Assembly: GCA_049513715.1 (NCBI GenBank)
Contig: JBEKVV010000002.1
Span: forward strand, 160,001-224,000
Reading direction: 5' to 3'
Origin: Candidatus Bathyarchaeia archaeon
Lineage (GTDB): Archaea; Thermoproteota; Bathyarchaeia; 40CM-2-53-6
Length of the DNA stretch: 64,000 nucleotides
Part shown: piece after piece, positions 36,828 to 47,533 of the stretch
Position numbering within the stretch: the stretch's first letter is position 1
Layout of the letters: each line of letters opens with the position of its first letter
The notes under the pieces: model-generated
Database searches by the model: none
What the model was told of the DNA's origin: nothing
Seen by the model: only the letters and a program-made list of their open reading frames with translations
Program-made: the position numbers and the translations under genes

Positions 36828-37133
36828 TTACTTCTCATGCTCACTTTTCTGGCTTCGAACCTTCCTCACTTCGTTAGCCAGCGCTCGTAGGAGTTGAGTC
36901 TTTGTCTTTCCTTTCGGAAGAATGAGGTAGCCGCCTCTTTCCCACCACGTGCGCGGCCGTGACTTCGCCGGCACCACTTCAGCTTCTAGGGATAGCCTTT
37001 TCGCGGCTTCATTCATCTCATCAAGTCGAGGGGTTTGCACCGACGAACTCTTAGTGAGTTTGCGGCCTTCTTTTCGTGATTTCGTAGAATCGAAATTCGC
37101 GGGCCAAATGACGCGCTTTCCATGAAGCTTCAA
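36828..37133 (-). CDS. srp19: Signal recognition particle protein Srp19
   Basis: VIWPANFDSTKSRKEGRK, PRTWW, KTKTQLL; follows rps8e. Confidence 0.9.
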   Translation of the reverse strand: MKLHGKRVIWPANFDSTKSRKEGRKLTKSSSVQTPRLDEMNEAAKRLSLEAEVVPAKSRPRTWWERGGYLILPKGKTKTQLLRALANEVRKVRSQKSEHEK

Positions 37134-37186
37134 TTCACAATTCCCTCTCCGCTGGGTACGCTCCTAGCGGACACCCGTGCAGCGCG

Positions 37187-37582
37187 TCACTTTGCGGTTC
37201 CTTGAACTAGAACCGCATTTACAACGCCATGCTGTCCAGGTCGGGAGGTGACTACTGCCTGTCCCAATGGCGTTTCAAGAATGGCGCCTTTCGTTATGAC
37301 GCCCCGTCTTTGGTAGTCAACATTGGCAGGATTCTTCACTACTGAACGGATTTCAGTTTTTTGGCTCTTTCCGGTTGCTGGGTCGGTGACGTTCGCATAA
37401 TTCATGGCCAAAGTGCGCAGCTTCGGCGTTCCTCCGCGGCCACGGTTCTTCGTAACCCTAGGCTCTCCAACAATAGTTTCAGCAGGGTCGCTGCCCATTT
37501 CGAAGGCGCGTTTACCTCTGAAAATGTGCTTCTTACCGCCGGTCTTCTTGCGTTTGTGCTGGTTTCCGTGCCATTGGGGCAT
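37187..37582 (-). CDS. rps8e: 30S ribosomal protein S8e
   Basis: RKKTGGK, RGRGG, NPAN..Y.RRGVITKGAI, TSRPGQHGVVNAV. Confidence 0.97.
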   Translation of the reverse strand: MPQWHGNQHKRKKTGGKKHIFRGKRAFEMGSDPAETIVGEPRVTKNRGRGGTPKLRTLAMNYANVTDPATGKSQKTEIRSVVKNPANVDYQRRGVITKGAILETPLGQAVVTSRPGQHGVVNAVLVQGTAK

Positions 37583-38006
37583 TGTGCAACCTTACTCCAA
37601 TCTCAGATTTTGGTGAGAGGCAATCGGCGATTCTTTTAAGGGTTGTTGTAAACTTGTTCTGATAGTTCCTCGTCTGGTAGGGCCGACTGTGGCTTTCGTT
37701 TGTTTGCTTGCGTTTTATGTAAGGAGACAATAGGGCAAGATGGGCAAGTAATTACACAAGAGATTAGGATTCTGATCTCTGCTTCTGTTGGTGTTCTGAG
37801 TTTGTTGCCGCGTGCAGCACATGTAGTTGCATTGTATCTGATCGCATGGTGAACCTGGCGCAGAAAAAGTTGCGCCAAATCATAATTATGCATACAAAAC
37901 CCCGTAAATGAATACAGAAACCCCTTGGCTATTCTCAAGCCAGGACGGCGGGTGACCGTAGAGAGTTGTGCCGTGTCAAGACTGAGACTGCTGTGTTCAT
38001 CGACAG

Positions 38007-38606
38007 CTAATCCGCTTTGGGTTGAGGTTTCTTAGGTTCCTTTTCCGCTTTGATGTTCTGGAAGAGTTTTTCGAGTTGTTTCTTCATTGCGGGCATGTCG
38101 TGGCTGAGGTTGAAGTAGTCAGCGAAGTTTGGGGTTGTGCGAAGAACTTTCGTGCGTCCTAGTCGCTCTTCGGATATTAAGCCGATTTCTCTGAGCTGTT
38201 TCACATGTCCATAAGCGAGGTTCCCTCTAACTTTGGCGAGGTAGGATTGGGTTACTGGTTGCCGGTATGCGATGAACGAGAGTGTTTTCATGGGGCCGTA
38301 CGTCAACAACTGCCTTGACGCAAGGCGCTTAACGTCCCGAACGTATTGTGGTTTGAGTTGCATTACGAATCTTCCGTCGCTCAACTCTAGAACCTCGAGC
38401 GCGCTGCCGTCGCTTCCGTATTTGCTCTTGAGGAACCTAGCGACTTCTCGGACCTTGTCCTCGGACCTGAACTTGACAACCGAGCCGAGTGTCTTGATGT
38501 CGATGGGTCGGCCGGTTACGTAGAGGGCGGCCTCGATTAGGGCAACCTTGTTTTTCATTTTGGCCGGAGTTTCTGCAGGGAGGCTCGGGCTGGGCGTTTC
38601 AGACAA
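38007..38606 (-). CDS. scpB: SMC-Scp complex subunit ScpB
   Basis: IEAALY, TLSFIAYRQPVT, TTPNFADYFNL. Confidence 0.92.
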   Translation of the reverse strand: MSETPSPSLPAETPAKMKNKVALIEAALYVTGRPIDIKTLGSVVKFRSEDKVREVARFLKSKYGSDGSALEVLELSDGRFVMQLKPQYVRDVKRLASRQLLTYGPMKTLSFIAYRQPVTQSYLAKVRGNLAYGHVKQLREIGLISEERLGRTKVLRTTPNFADYFNLSHDMPAMKKQLEKLFQNIKAEKEPKKPQPKAD

Positions 38607-39267
38607 TTGGCGGTGACACCTGGCCTAAGCGTATGAGAATGTCGAGGCTTTCATCCTGCTCAAGCAGAATCTTCTTCTGATTAGCAAGGAAGAGAAGCAT
38701 AATGAAAACGCGAACCATCTCAATAAGCGACTGGCCCTTCACAAGCTTACGGAATGACAACGGAACTCCGTGTATGCTCTGGTTGATGATTTTTCCATAG
38801 AACTCCTCAATGTTTTCCTCAATATGTGCCAGAAACTCGTCCATCTGCTCGAAAACTGAGGGCGGGGAGAGGACGAATGGTTTCTTGGCGAGGATCGTCT
38901 TTTCGTTCATTAGAACTTCTTGAAGTGTGCGAAGAATTTCTGCGACTGAGGTTGAGGTGTACTCGAATCTCAATGGAAATGGCAGGGGTGGTGGTACTTC
39001 TTCTGTTGGCCTCGGCGTCGGGGGTTTCGGTGGCTCTTCCATCTTCAGTACCAGCTCGGATTTCATTCGGTGCACTACCGACGAGGAGAGAAGTGCGGTT
39101 CCTGAGGCTGAGAAATCTACGTAGCCAGTCTTCTTCATCTCTGCGAGGAAGGAGTTGAGGAGGAAGGCTATGTCAATGTCCCAAGGCTTCACTCTATGAA
39201 GCCTGAGGAGGTCGAAGAGGATCAGGTATGGGGGCCTGAGCCAGAACGGTTTACCTAGCTCTTCCAA
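38599..39267 (-). CDS. scpA: Kleisin ScpA
   Basis: PWDIDI, SGTALL, VRVFIMLLFLA; lies between smc and scpB; TTG at 39267 inferred. Confidence 0.85.
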   Translation of the reverse strand: MEELGKPFWLRPPYLILFDLLRLHRVKPWDIDIAFLLNSFLAEMKKTGYVDFSASGTALLSSSVVHRMKSELVLKMEEPPKPPTPRPTEEVPPPLPFPLRFEYTSTSVAEILRTLQEVLMNEKTILAKKPFVLSPPSVFEQMDEFLAHIEENIEEFYGKIINQSIHGVPLSFRKLVKGQSLIEMVRVFIMLLFLANQKKILLEQDESLDILIRLGQVSPPIV

Positions 39268-42200
39268 CCGCCTTGGCCTCCTGCATTGGCAAAGCAACTA
39301 CCTGCGACGTTCCCTCTTGAATGAACACGCCGTACACTACGTCGCCCCGGGAGATAGTTACGTCCTTCAAGGACACGATTATGAATTGAGACCCTTTCGA
39401 TTTTGATTTGAGAAGCTCCGCAAGCCGCTGGGCGTTCACGATGTCAAGGTGGGCGTCGATTTCGTCCATCATGTAGAACGGCATCGGGTGGATTGCTTGC
39501 AGGGCAAGAATGAAGCAGACCGTTCCGACCGACTTTTCTCCGCCGCTGGCGGCTCCAATCGTCATCTCAGTCTTTCCTGGAAATTGAAGCCTGATGTCGG
39601 CACCTGCTTCGAACGGGGTCTCAGGTTTCTCGAGGAAGAGCCTTCCGGCTCCGCTGGTGACCGTTGAGAAAATTTCGTTGAAGGATTGGCTGACCTGGTT
39701 GAAGGCTTTCATGAATGTTTCCATTTTCTGCTGGTCCAATTCGTTCATGAATTGAACGATTGAGAGCTTCTCCTTCTCTAGGTCGTAGATCCTTGAGGCA
39801 AGGTGCTTGTAGTTCTCCTTCACTTCCTCGTATTGCGAGGCCGCAAGTTCATTGATGGCACCGATAGAGGTAAGTTCCTTCTTGAGTATGGGCAGTTCGT
39901 GTTCGGCTCGCTCGATTTCCTCGTCAGATACTTCAGGCGTCTCTGTGTAATTCAGTTCTTTTAGTTCGTTTATGTGGAAGTCAACCTGCATTTCCAAGTG
40001 CTTTTGTGACGCCGTTTCCTCGGCAATTTTCTCGTTCAATGGGTCCAAATCGTCGAGGGTTTCGCTGATTTCTGTGTCCATCTTCTTCAATTGAGCGTCG
40101 TATACTGCACGCTTCACTTTGGCACCGGAAAGTTCCTCGCTGAGTTGGTCGCGGTCGGTTTCCAGCCGTTTCAGCTGCTCGTCGGCAATGGGGAGGTCAG
40201 CATGAAGGGTCGAGAGTTCCGTGCTCAGTTGTTCGAGTTGTCTGTCGATGCTTGAGGTTTGAGATTTTGTTTGTTCGCCTGATGGTTCGATGACTGTCAT
40301 AGTGGAGGTTAAGGACTCAACTCTGCTCTCGGCTTCGATTTTCTGTCGGACGAGGTCGTTCAATTCGGTGCGCAATTTGGCTTGTTCGTTCTCTTTCTCG
40401 AGCAAGGCTGCGGATCGGGTGCGAAGCTTCAGGGCGTCCCGCATGCGCTCGTGCTCAGTGAGTGGTTCCTGGAGCTTTGCCTTTTGGGCTACGCTAGCCT
40501 CCAATATTGCCTGCTCTGTCCCAATTTCATGCACGATTCCTTCGATCCGGTGGTCAGTGTCTTCGATTATTCTCTCTGCGTGATCTAGGTTTTCTTTGAC
40601 CGCTGAGATTTCTCGCTCGGTGGAACGTATCAGGTTCTGGCTTTGCGTTTTGTTCTTTGTTTGGTCCAATATCTCCTGTTCCAGTCGAGCGATGTCCTCT
40701 TCGGTTTTTGTTGCCAGCTTTTCCAAGGAGGAGAGAGTATTCTTCAACTGGCCGACCGTTTGGCTGCTGAGGAGGAGCTTTGACATATCGAACGGCTGCC
40801 TAAAGTACCCAGTCTCCATCGCACCTTCAGGCTCGTATAGATCGCCTGTAGTCGCAACGGCTCGAACTCCTCTCAACGATGCGACGAATGCTGACTTTTG
40901 GTTCCGTGTAAGAATCGTGTCGCCGAACACATACTCAACTGCAGGCCTGAAACGTTCTTGGAAGTTCAACTGTTCTGTGATTGGGCCGATGATCTCCTGC
41001 AAATCTTTGGTGGTGTGTGTCTTCTTTGGCGGTGTTAGGTCTTGAAGCGGTATGAGCTTTACGCGTCCTGCCTTGGTTTTCTTGAGGACTTCTATGCATG
41101 AGATTGCGGTTTCGGTGTTCTTTACGACGATGGCTTTCATCCATCCAGCTGCCGCGGCCTCCATAGCTTTTCCATAAGCGTCTTTGGCCTTGACGAGTGA
41201 CGATAATCGCCCATAGATTCCCAACACTACCCCTGCCTTCGCCATTTCCTCGATCAGTTTGAGCGCTTTGTCGTCGGAGGCAAGGTTCTCTGCCATGCTA
41301 TTCTGTGTCTCAATCTCGACTAATGCGGAGCCTGCTCGTTTTGCCACTTCATTTGCGTGCTGTATCTCCTTAGCCCGCTGTATCTTGAGGTCGTTGTATT
41401 CGGCGATTTTCTTGTCAGTCTCAGTAATTCTGGCACTTTGATCTCGCTTTATGGCGTCCAATTCTTGAGGGCGCTTGGTGACGTTTTGCACCAGTGTTTC
41501 GTACTCTTCCTTTCGCGATTTGAGCGTGCGAAGGTGGCCTTCGAGGATGTCAATTTTTGTGGCGCTGGCCTTGACTTGCGCGTTGAATTTGATTACCCTG
41601 TGCGTGAGATTGTTGATGGTGCGTTCAATGTCTTCCGCGTCTTTGCTGTTTTCACCCAGCTTGCTCCTGAACTCCATGAGTGCTTTCGATGATTCGTCAA
41701 CAATCGCCTGCTTTTCCTCAATTGCCTTAAGCAGTTTACTGTGCTGGTCTCGGAGTTCAACGAGTTCTTTCTTTGAGTTGACTATCTTCTGTATGATCTC
41801 TACCGAATTTCGTTGAAGGTCATCTTTCTGCTGTCGGAGCGACTTGATGTTCGCTTCAATGCCGGTTTTCCGTGCTTGGAGAGTGGCGATGGTGGCGCTG
41901 ACGTCCCCAATTGCGCGCTGAACTTCGAGTAGCTTGCTGCTCCCTTTCTCGCTGACCGAGTCCTCATATTCTCTCTTTTCTGTCTCGAGTTGAGATTTCT
42001 GGTGGATTAGCTGGTCTCTTTTGGCCTTGAGTTCCTGGAGCTGCTTCTGGTGCGCTGCCAGCTCGGACTCTAGGGTGCTTGCTTCTTCTCGGGCTTTCTT
42101 GATCTTATGTGATATCGATTTGGCTTGAAGTTCGTTAATCTCTTTGCGAATCTGCTGGTACTTGAGGTAGGCGTTTCGCTCCCTCTCGAGTTGCTCGACT

Positions 42201-42802
42201 CGAAGTCGCACTTCCTCGATCTTGGCGGACGCGACCTGCAGGTTCAGGTCAGCTTGTTGCAGCTCAGCTTGCGCAGACGTCTTCTTGGTGTCGTATACGG
42301 CTATGCCGACCATGTCCTCGATTATTCTGCGACGTTCTTCAGCCGTGACTTCAGCGAGTCTGGTTATGGAATGTTGCGGTACTATATTGTAGCTTGAGAC
42401 ATCTACGTCAGCTGAGGAGAGTATATCGGTGAGTTGTTTTCTGGAGATTCTGCGCCCGTTTAGCCTATAGATGCCTTCCCCGCCACGTCGAAATTCCCTG
42501 GAAATTGTGACGGCTTCGGAATCCACCGGAATTCGCCGGTCGTGGTTGTCGAATTGTACGGCGACGTAAGCGGAATGAGCGGATGTTGATTGGGCGCCCT
42601 TGTGGATTAGGTCGCCAATCGTTTCTCCACGCAATTCCTTGGGGCTGAGTTCGCCTAGCGCGAATTTCACTGAATCGAGAATGTTTGATTTCCCGGATCC
42701 GTTTGGGCCGGTTATGATGGTGAGGCCGCGGCCCAGCTGAACGCTCGCCTTCTTCCCGAAGGTCTTGAAACCCCTCAGGTCAATTCTTTTGATATATACC
42801 AA
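39251..42802 (-). CDS. smc: Chromosome segregation protein SMC
   Basis: GFKTF, GPNGSGKSN, hinge (GIYGRL...GDTI), SGGEKS, DEIDAHLD; long coiled coils. Confidence 0.97.
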   Translation of the reverse strand: MVYIKRIDLRGFKTFGKKASVQLGRGLTIITGPNGSGKSNILDSVKFALGELSPKELRGETIGDLIHKGAQSTSAHSAYVAVQFDNHDRRIPVDSEAVTISREFRRGGEGIYRLNGRRISRKQLTDILSSADVDVSSYNIVPQHSITRLAEVTAEERRRIIEDMVGIAVYDTKKTSAQAELQQADLNLQVASAKIEEVRLRVEQLERERNAYLKYQQIRKEINELQAKSISHKIKKAREEASTLESELAAHQKQLQELKAKRDQLIHQKSQLETEKREYEDSVSEKGSSKLLEVQRAIGDVSATIATLQARKTGIEANIKSLRQQKDDLQRNSVEIIQKIVNSKKELVELRDQHSKLLKAIEEKQAIVDESSKALMEFRSKLGENSKDAEDIERTINNLTHRVIKFNAQVKASATKIDILEGHLRTLKSRKEEYETLVQNVTKRPQELDAIKRDQSARITETDKKIAEYNDLKIQRAKEIQHANEVAKRAGSALVEIETQNSMAENLASDDKALKLIEEMAKAGVVLGIYGRLSSLVKAKDAYGKAMEAAAAGWMKAIVVKNTETAISCIEVLKKTKAGRVKLIPLQDLTPPKKTHTTKDLQEIIGPITEQLNFQERFRPAVEYVFGDTILTRNQKSAFVASLRGVRAVATTGDLYEPEGAMETGYFRQPFDMSKLLLSSQTVGQLKNTLSSLEKLATKTEEDIARLEQEILDQTKNKTQSQNLIRSTEREISAVKENLDHAERIIEDTDHRIEGIVHEIGTEQAILEASVAQKAKLQEPLTEHERMRDALKLRTRSAALLEKENEQAKLRTELNDLVRQKIEAESRVESLTSTMTVIEPSGEQTKSQTSSIDRQLEQLSTELSTLHADLPIADEQLKRLETDRDQLSEELSGAKVKRAVYDAQLKKMDTEISETLDDLDPLNEKIAEETASQKHLEMQVDFHINELKELNYTETPEVSDEEIERAEHELPILKKELTSIGAINELAASQYEEVKENYKHLASRIYDLEKEKLSIVQFMNELDQQKMETFMKAFNQVSQSFNEIFSTVTSGAGRLFLEKPETPFEAGADIRLQFPGKTEMTIGAASGGEKSVGTVCFILALQAIHPMPFYMMDEIDAHLDIVNAQRLAELLKSKSKGSQFIIVSLKDVTISRGDVVYGVFIQEGTSQVVALPMQEAKAVGRAR

Positions 42803-43070
42803 TCCTTGATCAGGCCGCCGCGGTCAATATGCAGGTTTTTGTAACTTTAGTGACTCCCGTGGGTTAGGGGATGCTCCAAAGTAGCGAAGATAAGTCTTGG
42901 TTACATCTTCATGATGATTTGTCTGGATTCACCCATGTCAAATTTGGCATAGCGCTGCTTTTCGTGCTTGCTCAAGTATGACAACTTTAGGTATACGACG
43001 TGGAGAAACGTGACTAGGAAGAGGCCGGGATGGCCTTTGCGTAGCTATATGCAGGCATGGTTGCTTCGTT

Positions 43071-43853
43071 CTACTTTCCGTACCTGCGTTTTCTGCCTTG
43101 GTAGGTTCTGATGGCTCGTAGGAGGTCTATGCGCCGAAATTCAGGCCAGTAAACATCTAGGAAAATGAATTCGCTGTACGCGGCTTGCCAGATCAGGAAG
43201 CCGCTGAGCCGTTCTTCGCCGGATGTGCGGATGATTAGTTCAGGGTAGGGGTTTGGAAGGTGGGAGGTGTATAGGTATTTTCTGAACACGTCCTCATCAA
43301 CCGAGTCCGCCTCTAAGGTTCCGCTCTGCACTTCGTCGATGATGCGTTTCGCGGCGTCAACAATTTCTGCCCTACCACCATATGCCACGGCAATGTTCAG
43401 GTAGCGTTTATCGTAGTTCACCGTCGCCCTCTCAGCCTCGGCCAGTGCGGCTCTCAGAGACTCTGGCAGCATTTCTAGGCGGCCGATAGCTTTCACGTGC
43501 ACTTGGTTGCTGTGTATTCGAGGGTCGGTTACCAGTTTCTTGGCTTCTTCTTCTATTATTCCAAGAATAGCTGCAACTTCGGCTTGTGGTCGCAGGAAAT
43601 TTTCCGTGGAGAACACGTAGAGCGTTACAGTCTTAATGCCTAAGTCTAGGCACCATTCGAGGAAGTTTTCGCCAATCTTCGCCCCGTAGTGATGGCCCTT
43701 CAGCTTATCCACGTAAAGTGCGAATCCCCATCTTCTATTACCATCCAGGATTACGCCAACATGTTCGGGCATTTCTGATGAAGTGACCGTCTCTTCAAGC
43801 CATCTCTCGTAAAACCTGTAGGCCCCAACGGCCTTGAGCAGGGTTGGTAGCAA
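43071..43853 (-). CDS. uppS: cis-prenyltransferase (polyprenyl diphosphate synthase)
   Basis: HVGVILDGNRRW, FSTENF, AYGGRAEI, IRTSGEERLSGFLIWQ. Confidence 0.95.
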   Translation of the reverse strand: MLPTLLKAVGAYRFYERWLEETVTSSEMPEHVGVILDGNRRWGFALYVDKLKGHHYGAKIGENFLEWCLDLGIKTVTLYVFSTENFLRPQAEVAAILGIIEEEAKKLVTDPRIHSNQVHVKAIGRLEMLPESLRAALAEAERATVNYDKRYLNIAVAYGGRAEIVDAAKRIIDEVQSGTLEADSVDEDVFRKYLYTSHLPNPYPELIIRTSGEERLSGFLIWQAAYSEFIFLDVYWPEFRRIDLLRAIRTYQGRKRRYGK

Positions 43854-43857
43854 TGCT

Positions 43858-44631
43858 TCACACTTGGCCCTGATCTATTGCTTTAGCGCAGGGACAACTC
43901 CGTTTCATAGGAATGATTCCTATGGACTTCCGTATGATCGCCGTTACCTCGGGCATGACTCTCTTTCCCATCTCGACTACCTCGATATGGGATAGTTTAT
44001 CCTGCTGCCCAGCTGCGCGATTTGAAATGAAGCAGACGGTTGAATAGCAAATTTCAAGCTCGCGAGCTAGGAAAGTTTCCGGGGCTCCAGTCATCCCGAC
44101 TATGTCTCCGCCGAGCGTTCGTAGCATGCGAATTTCTGCTGGTGTCTCATAGCGCGGGCCTTCTGTGGTCACCATGACGGAGTTCCCCCAAGCCTTTAAC
44201 CTGCTCCCCTTTGTACAGTCGATCAGTATCTTCCGAAGTTCTGGGCAGTAAGGTTGGGACACATCGATGTGCGTGACCGGTGAACCTTCGAAGAATGTGC
44301 TTGTTCGGGACTTGGTCATGTCGATGATGTCTTCGGGGATCGCTAGGTCTCCTGGGTTGTAGGAGGTGTTTATCGAGCCAACGGCGTTAGTGGCTATTAT
44401 GCGCTCTATGCCAAGCTGCTTGAGGGCTCGCATGTTGGCTCTGTAATTGACTTTGTGTGGTGGGAGGTCGTGTTTCGGGCCATGCCGGGGCAGAAAGGCA
44501 ACTTCTTCTTTCCCAACGAGACCTACAGTGATGAGTGGAACGGGCCCGTTGGGCGTGCCGATCCGAAGGGCGCGGCTGCCTTGGAGGAGACTCTCGAACC
44601 CACTTCCACCTATTACCGCGATCCTTGGCAT
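43858..44631 (-). CDS. mtnP: S-methyl-5'-thioadenosine/inosine phosphorylase
   Basis: IGGSG, LPRHG..H..PPH.VNYRAN, EGPRYETPAE, VGMT. Confidence 0.9.
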   Translation of the reverse strand: MPRIAVIGGSGFESLLQGSRALRIGTPNGPVPLITVGLVGKEEVAFLPRHGPKHDLPPHKVNYRANMRALKQLGIERIIATNAVGSINTSYNPGDLAIPEDIIDMTKSRTSTFFEGSPVTHIDVSQPYCPELRKILIDCTKGSRLKAWGNSVMVTTEGPRYETPAEIRMLRTLGGDIVGMTGAPETFLARELEICYSTVCFISNRAAGQQDKLSHIEVVEMGKRVMPEVTAIIRKSIGIIPMKRSCPCAKAIDQGQV

Positions 44632-44654
44632 GTTCTTTGACTACATCCTTTACC

Positions 44655-45578
44655 TCACTCATCATCGCTCCCCGAAAGCGTGTCACCCATTAGAGCCCTG
44701 AATTCGTCCAAGGACAATTTCCTGCCGGTCCGAAGTTTTTCGTTCGCGGCTTCTTTATACTTCAACTTGAGTTTCTCTGCCTTGTCGACTTTCGAGCTCA
44801 CCTTAACCTCTCCGATCTGTGAGTGGATCTCGTCTATTCGTGCCATGTTTCGCCTCAGCGCCGTTATCGTCTCGTGCCGTAGATTATTCTGGTCTAAGTA
44901 GAGTGCGTGTTTTGCGTCCGCCTCATTCTTCTTCTCCGCTAGAATACGAACTTGCTCCTGCATCGCAGTATGTGTTTTTTCGCTCTCTTCGGCTTTTTGC
45001 GTGAGTTCTTGGTGGACTGCTTGAGCTTGTCTCCTTAATCCAGGGACTTCGATTTTGAGTTGGAGGAGCTTGTCCCGTAACTTCCTGAGGCCTCTATGCT
45101 TAGCTAAGTTTGCCTCCAGCGCGCTGATCTTGGCCACGATTTCCCTTTCAGTTTTCGGGGCAAGTGGGTTTGTTTGGATATACCATTCAAGGCTTTTTAC
45201 TTCCCTAGAAAGTTCTGACATGTTTCCGTGGAGCTCTTCCGAAGACTCTTGTGCCTGCTGGAGCAGTTTTGCCAGGGCCTCGCGTTTCTTGGCGGCAGCG
45301 GCTTGAAATTCGTCGCGTTTCTGCTTCAGTTCCCTAACCTTGGCGTTAAGGGAGTCCCGCTCTGTCTTGAGCTTCCTAACGGTGTCTGAAACACGCTTTA
45401 CTTCAGAGTTGAGGGCGTCTCGCTCGTTGACGATTTGTTCGACCCTTTCTCGCAGACGTCTGATCTCTGTTCTTTTCTCTACATTCTTCTGTTTAAGGTC
45501 GTCGAGTTCACGGTAGAGGTCGTCGACAGGGTTCTGGACCGTGTTCGAATCCATTGATTCACTCTCCAAACCGTTCAC
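44655..45578 (-). CDS. Archaeal coiled-coil protein (COG1340-like)
   Basis: ERDALN/ERDSLN repeats, LEWYIQT, C-terminal GRKLSLDEF. Confidence 0.75.
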   Translation of the reverse strand: MNGLESESMDSNTVQNPVDDLYRELDDLKQKNVEKRTEIRRLRERVEQIVNERDALNSEVKRVSDTVRKLKTERDSLNAKVRELKQKRDEFQAAAAKKREALAKLLQQAQESSEELHGNMSELSREVKSLEWYIQTNPLAPKTEREIVAKISALEANLAKHRGLRKLRDKLLQLKIEVPGLRRQAQAVHQELTQKAEESEKTHTAMQEQVRILAEKKNEADAKHALYLDQNNLRHETITALRRNMARIDEIHSQIGEVKVSSKVDKAEKLKLKYKEAANEKLRTGRKLSLDEFRALMGDTLSGSDDE

Positions 45579-47458
45579 CTTCCTTTGGTTACCTCTCGCG
45601 AATATTTCCTCATGGCGATAAAGATGAGCGATGAGCCTACTACGATGCCAATGATCAGAAATAGAAACGCAATTGCGATGGCATCGTTCGTGGAGGTTGC
45701 GGCATCTGCCAGAGCGTTGTTTGCGGTTTGTGATGCCAAAGATGCGATCTCTACTGCGTCAACATATTTCATGGAATTGTAACTCGCGAGGGCCTGGTCT
45801 AGTAGAGCGTTTGCTGTGGCCACCTCATTTCGGCTTGGGCCATAGTTGGATTTGCTGTCAAGTTCATTCTGGGCCAGTGTGAGTGTGGATGATGTTGAGA
45901 GGATGAGTTGGTCTGCGTGTGCTCGGTTGATTGCGTCCTTGTCGAATTGGCTAAACTTGTAGTCCCATCCCCAGTAGCTCATAGGTGATGCCTCAAAGTC
46001 TTCGAGTGAACCGAACTGGTGCGGGTGCATGAGACCCACCGAATGGCCCGTTTCATGGATCACAGTTTGCGTGAAACCTACCCCTTTGCCAATTTGGGGT
46101 GTTGTGGAGTGGGTTCCTTCCTGCAAGATGTACTGTGCTAAGCCTATGATCGACATATCTCCTAAAGATATGCCGAGGAAGTTACCATTGAAAGTGTCAG
46201 GCTCAGCGACATACCACTTGTACGAATATCCGAAGTATATCGATGAACTGAATGCAAAAGCAAAGACGGGAAGCGTAAATTCTGTGGAATCCCTACTGTC
46301 GGTCCCAACAAAATCTGAGAGGTGCTGTTGTAGGTATATGTACATCTGCCGCAGGTCAACGTAGCTAAGGATGCCTATGTCACCTGGAGGAGTGACCGTG
46401 CTTCGTACTATTGCGGCTTGCAGCGGGGGGTTGTCGCTCGCTAAAATCACCTTGGTGTCCACTTGGATACTCGCGTATGGCATCAGGTCAGCGAATGCAG
46501 CCCGCACTAGCTCCGGGTGAAATGTGTCTTCAATATGCACTGTGTTTCTTTCCTTTGTCGTTCTGTTGTCGATTATGTTGACAACAATTCGATACGCATG
46601 GCTATACACAGGTTGGTAAGCGAAGACTGGTATCGCCAGATTTTGCACAACCTCGCTGACGTAATCTGCAACAAACTGTGTCAGCCACTGCTTTCCGGCC
46701 GGAGTATGAATATCCACCCTGAAGAGATTCAATGCCAACTGCATTGGGATGTGGGGCGCCGTGTCTGAGCTTGTCCATGTCCAGTATTCGGGACCGGCGG
46801 CCATGTCCAAGAACCATAGCCTACTATCACCGCCCCACGCAACGGTGAACTGCCTATACGGCAGAGTATAACCAAGGTCCTTGTCACTGTAGGCTGTTAA
46901 GTAGTAGTGAGGAGTCGCTGCAAGTGCTGCCTCGGTATCCAGCTGAGTTTCCGTTATGGAGGGTAGAGAGGTGAGGTTGGCTAGAATGAAAGCGTCACCG
47001 CGAGTGGGAAAGCCGCCGAAGCTGGCATTGTTGGCTGCCAGCCAATCCTGGACCTTGTTGGCATCATAAAGGTAGTTGTGGGTCACTGCCCTGAACCAAG
47101 GATTGTATAACAACTTCTCCTGCTCGATGGAACCTAGGTAACTGGTCAGCAGCTTTCCGAATCTGGGTGATGCGTAAACGTAGTCGTAACTTAGGTCGTA
47201 GGTTACGCCCGTGATGTTTCCACTATCCAACAAGTTGTTAATGGACGTCTGAATCTCATTTCCTTTCCACTCCAAGTAGGATTGGTCGATAGTGGCCGGG
47301 TCAAAGCCGACCAGGACTACTTTGATCGTTAGGGGGACGCTCCGTGTGGGAATGAAGTTCACTTGGGTGGGTTCGGTCGAGGAGAAACCAGCGGGAATCG
47401 GTACCAGCATTATGATGAGTGCTACAAGAGCACAAGTTTTTGTGTGCTTCAAAGGCAA
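45575..47458 (-). CDS. Secreted, C-terminally anchored zinc metalloprotease
   Basis: Signal peptide, HETGHSVGLMH zinc motif, Met-turn-like SPMSY, C-terminal TM helix. Confidence 0.75.
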   Translation of the reverse strand: MPLKHTKTCALVALIIMLVPIPAGFSSTEPTQVNFIPTRSVPLTIKVVLVGFDPATIDQSYLEWKGNEIQTSINNLLDSGNITGVTYDLSYDYVYASPRFGKLLTSYLGSIEQEKLLYNPWFRAVTHNYLYDANKVQDWLAANNASFGGFPTRGDAFILANLTSLPSITETQLDTEAALAATPHYYLTAYSDKDLGYTLPYRQFTVAWGGDSRLWFLDMAAGPEYWTWTSSDTAPHIPMQLALNLFRVDIHTPAGKQWLTQFVADYVSEVVQNLAIPVFAYQPVYSHAYRIVVNIIDNRTTKERNTVHIEDTFHPELVRAAFADLMPYASIQVDTKVILASDNPPLQAAIVRSTVTPPGDIGILSYVDLRQMYIYLQQHLSDFVGTDSRDSTEFTLPVFAFAFSSSIYFGYSYKWYVAEPDTFNGNFLGISLGDMSIIGLAQYILQEGTHSTTPQIGKGVGFTQTVIHETGHSVGLMHPHQFGSLEDFEASPMSYWGWDYKFSQFDKDAINRAHADQLILSTSSTLTLAQNELDSKSNYGPSRNEVATANALLDQALASYNSMKYVDAVEIASLASQTANNALADAATSTNDAIAIAFLFLIIGIVVGSSLIFIAMRKYSREVTKGR

Positions 47459-47533
47459 CCCGCGGTCTAACAGATGCCGCTGAAAAGTCGAGTCGCCCTA
47501 TATAATAAGTTGCTCAGAATTCCAACAGGTCCA

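Noticed and set aside
42911..42960. ATGATGA box C-like motif upstream of smc (C/D sRNA candidate)
   Set aside because: No matching CTGA box D at a suitable distance
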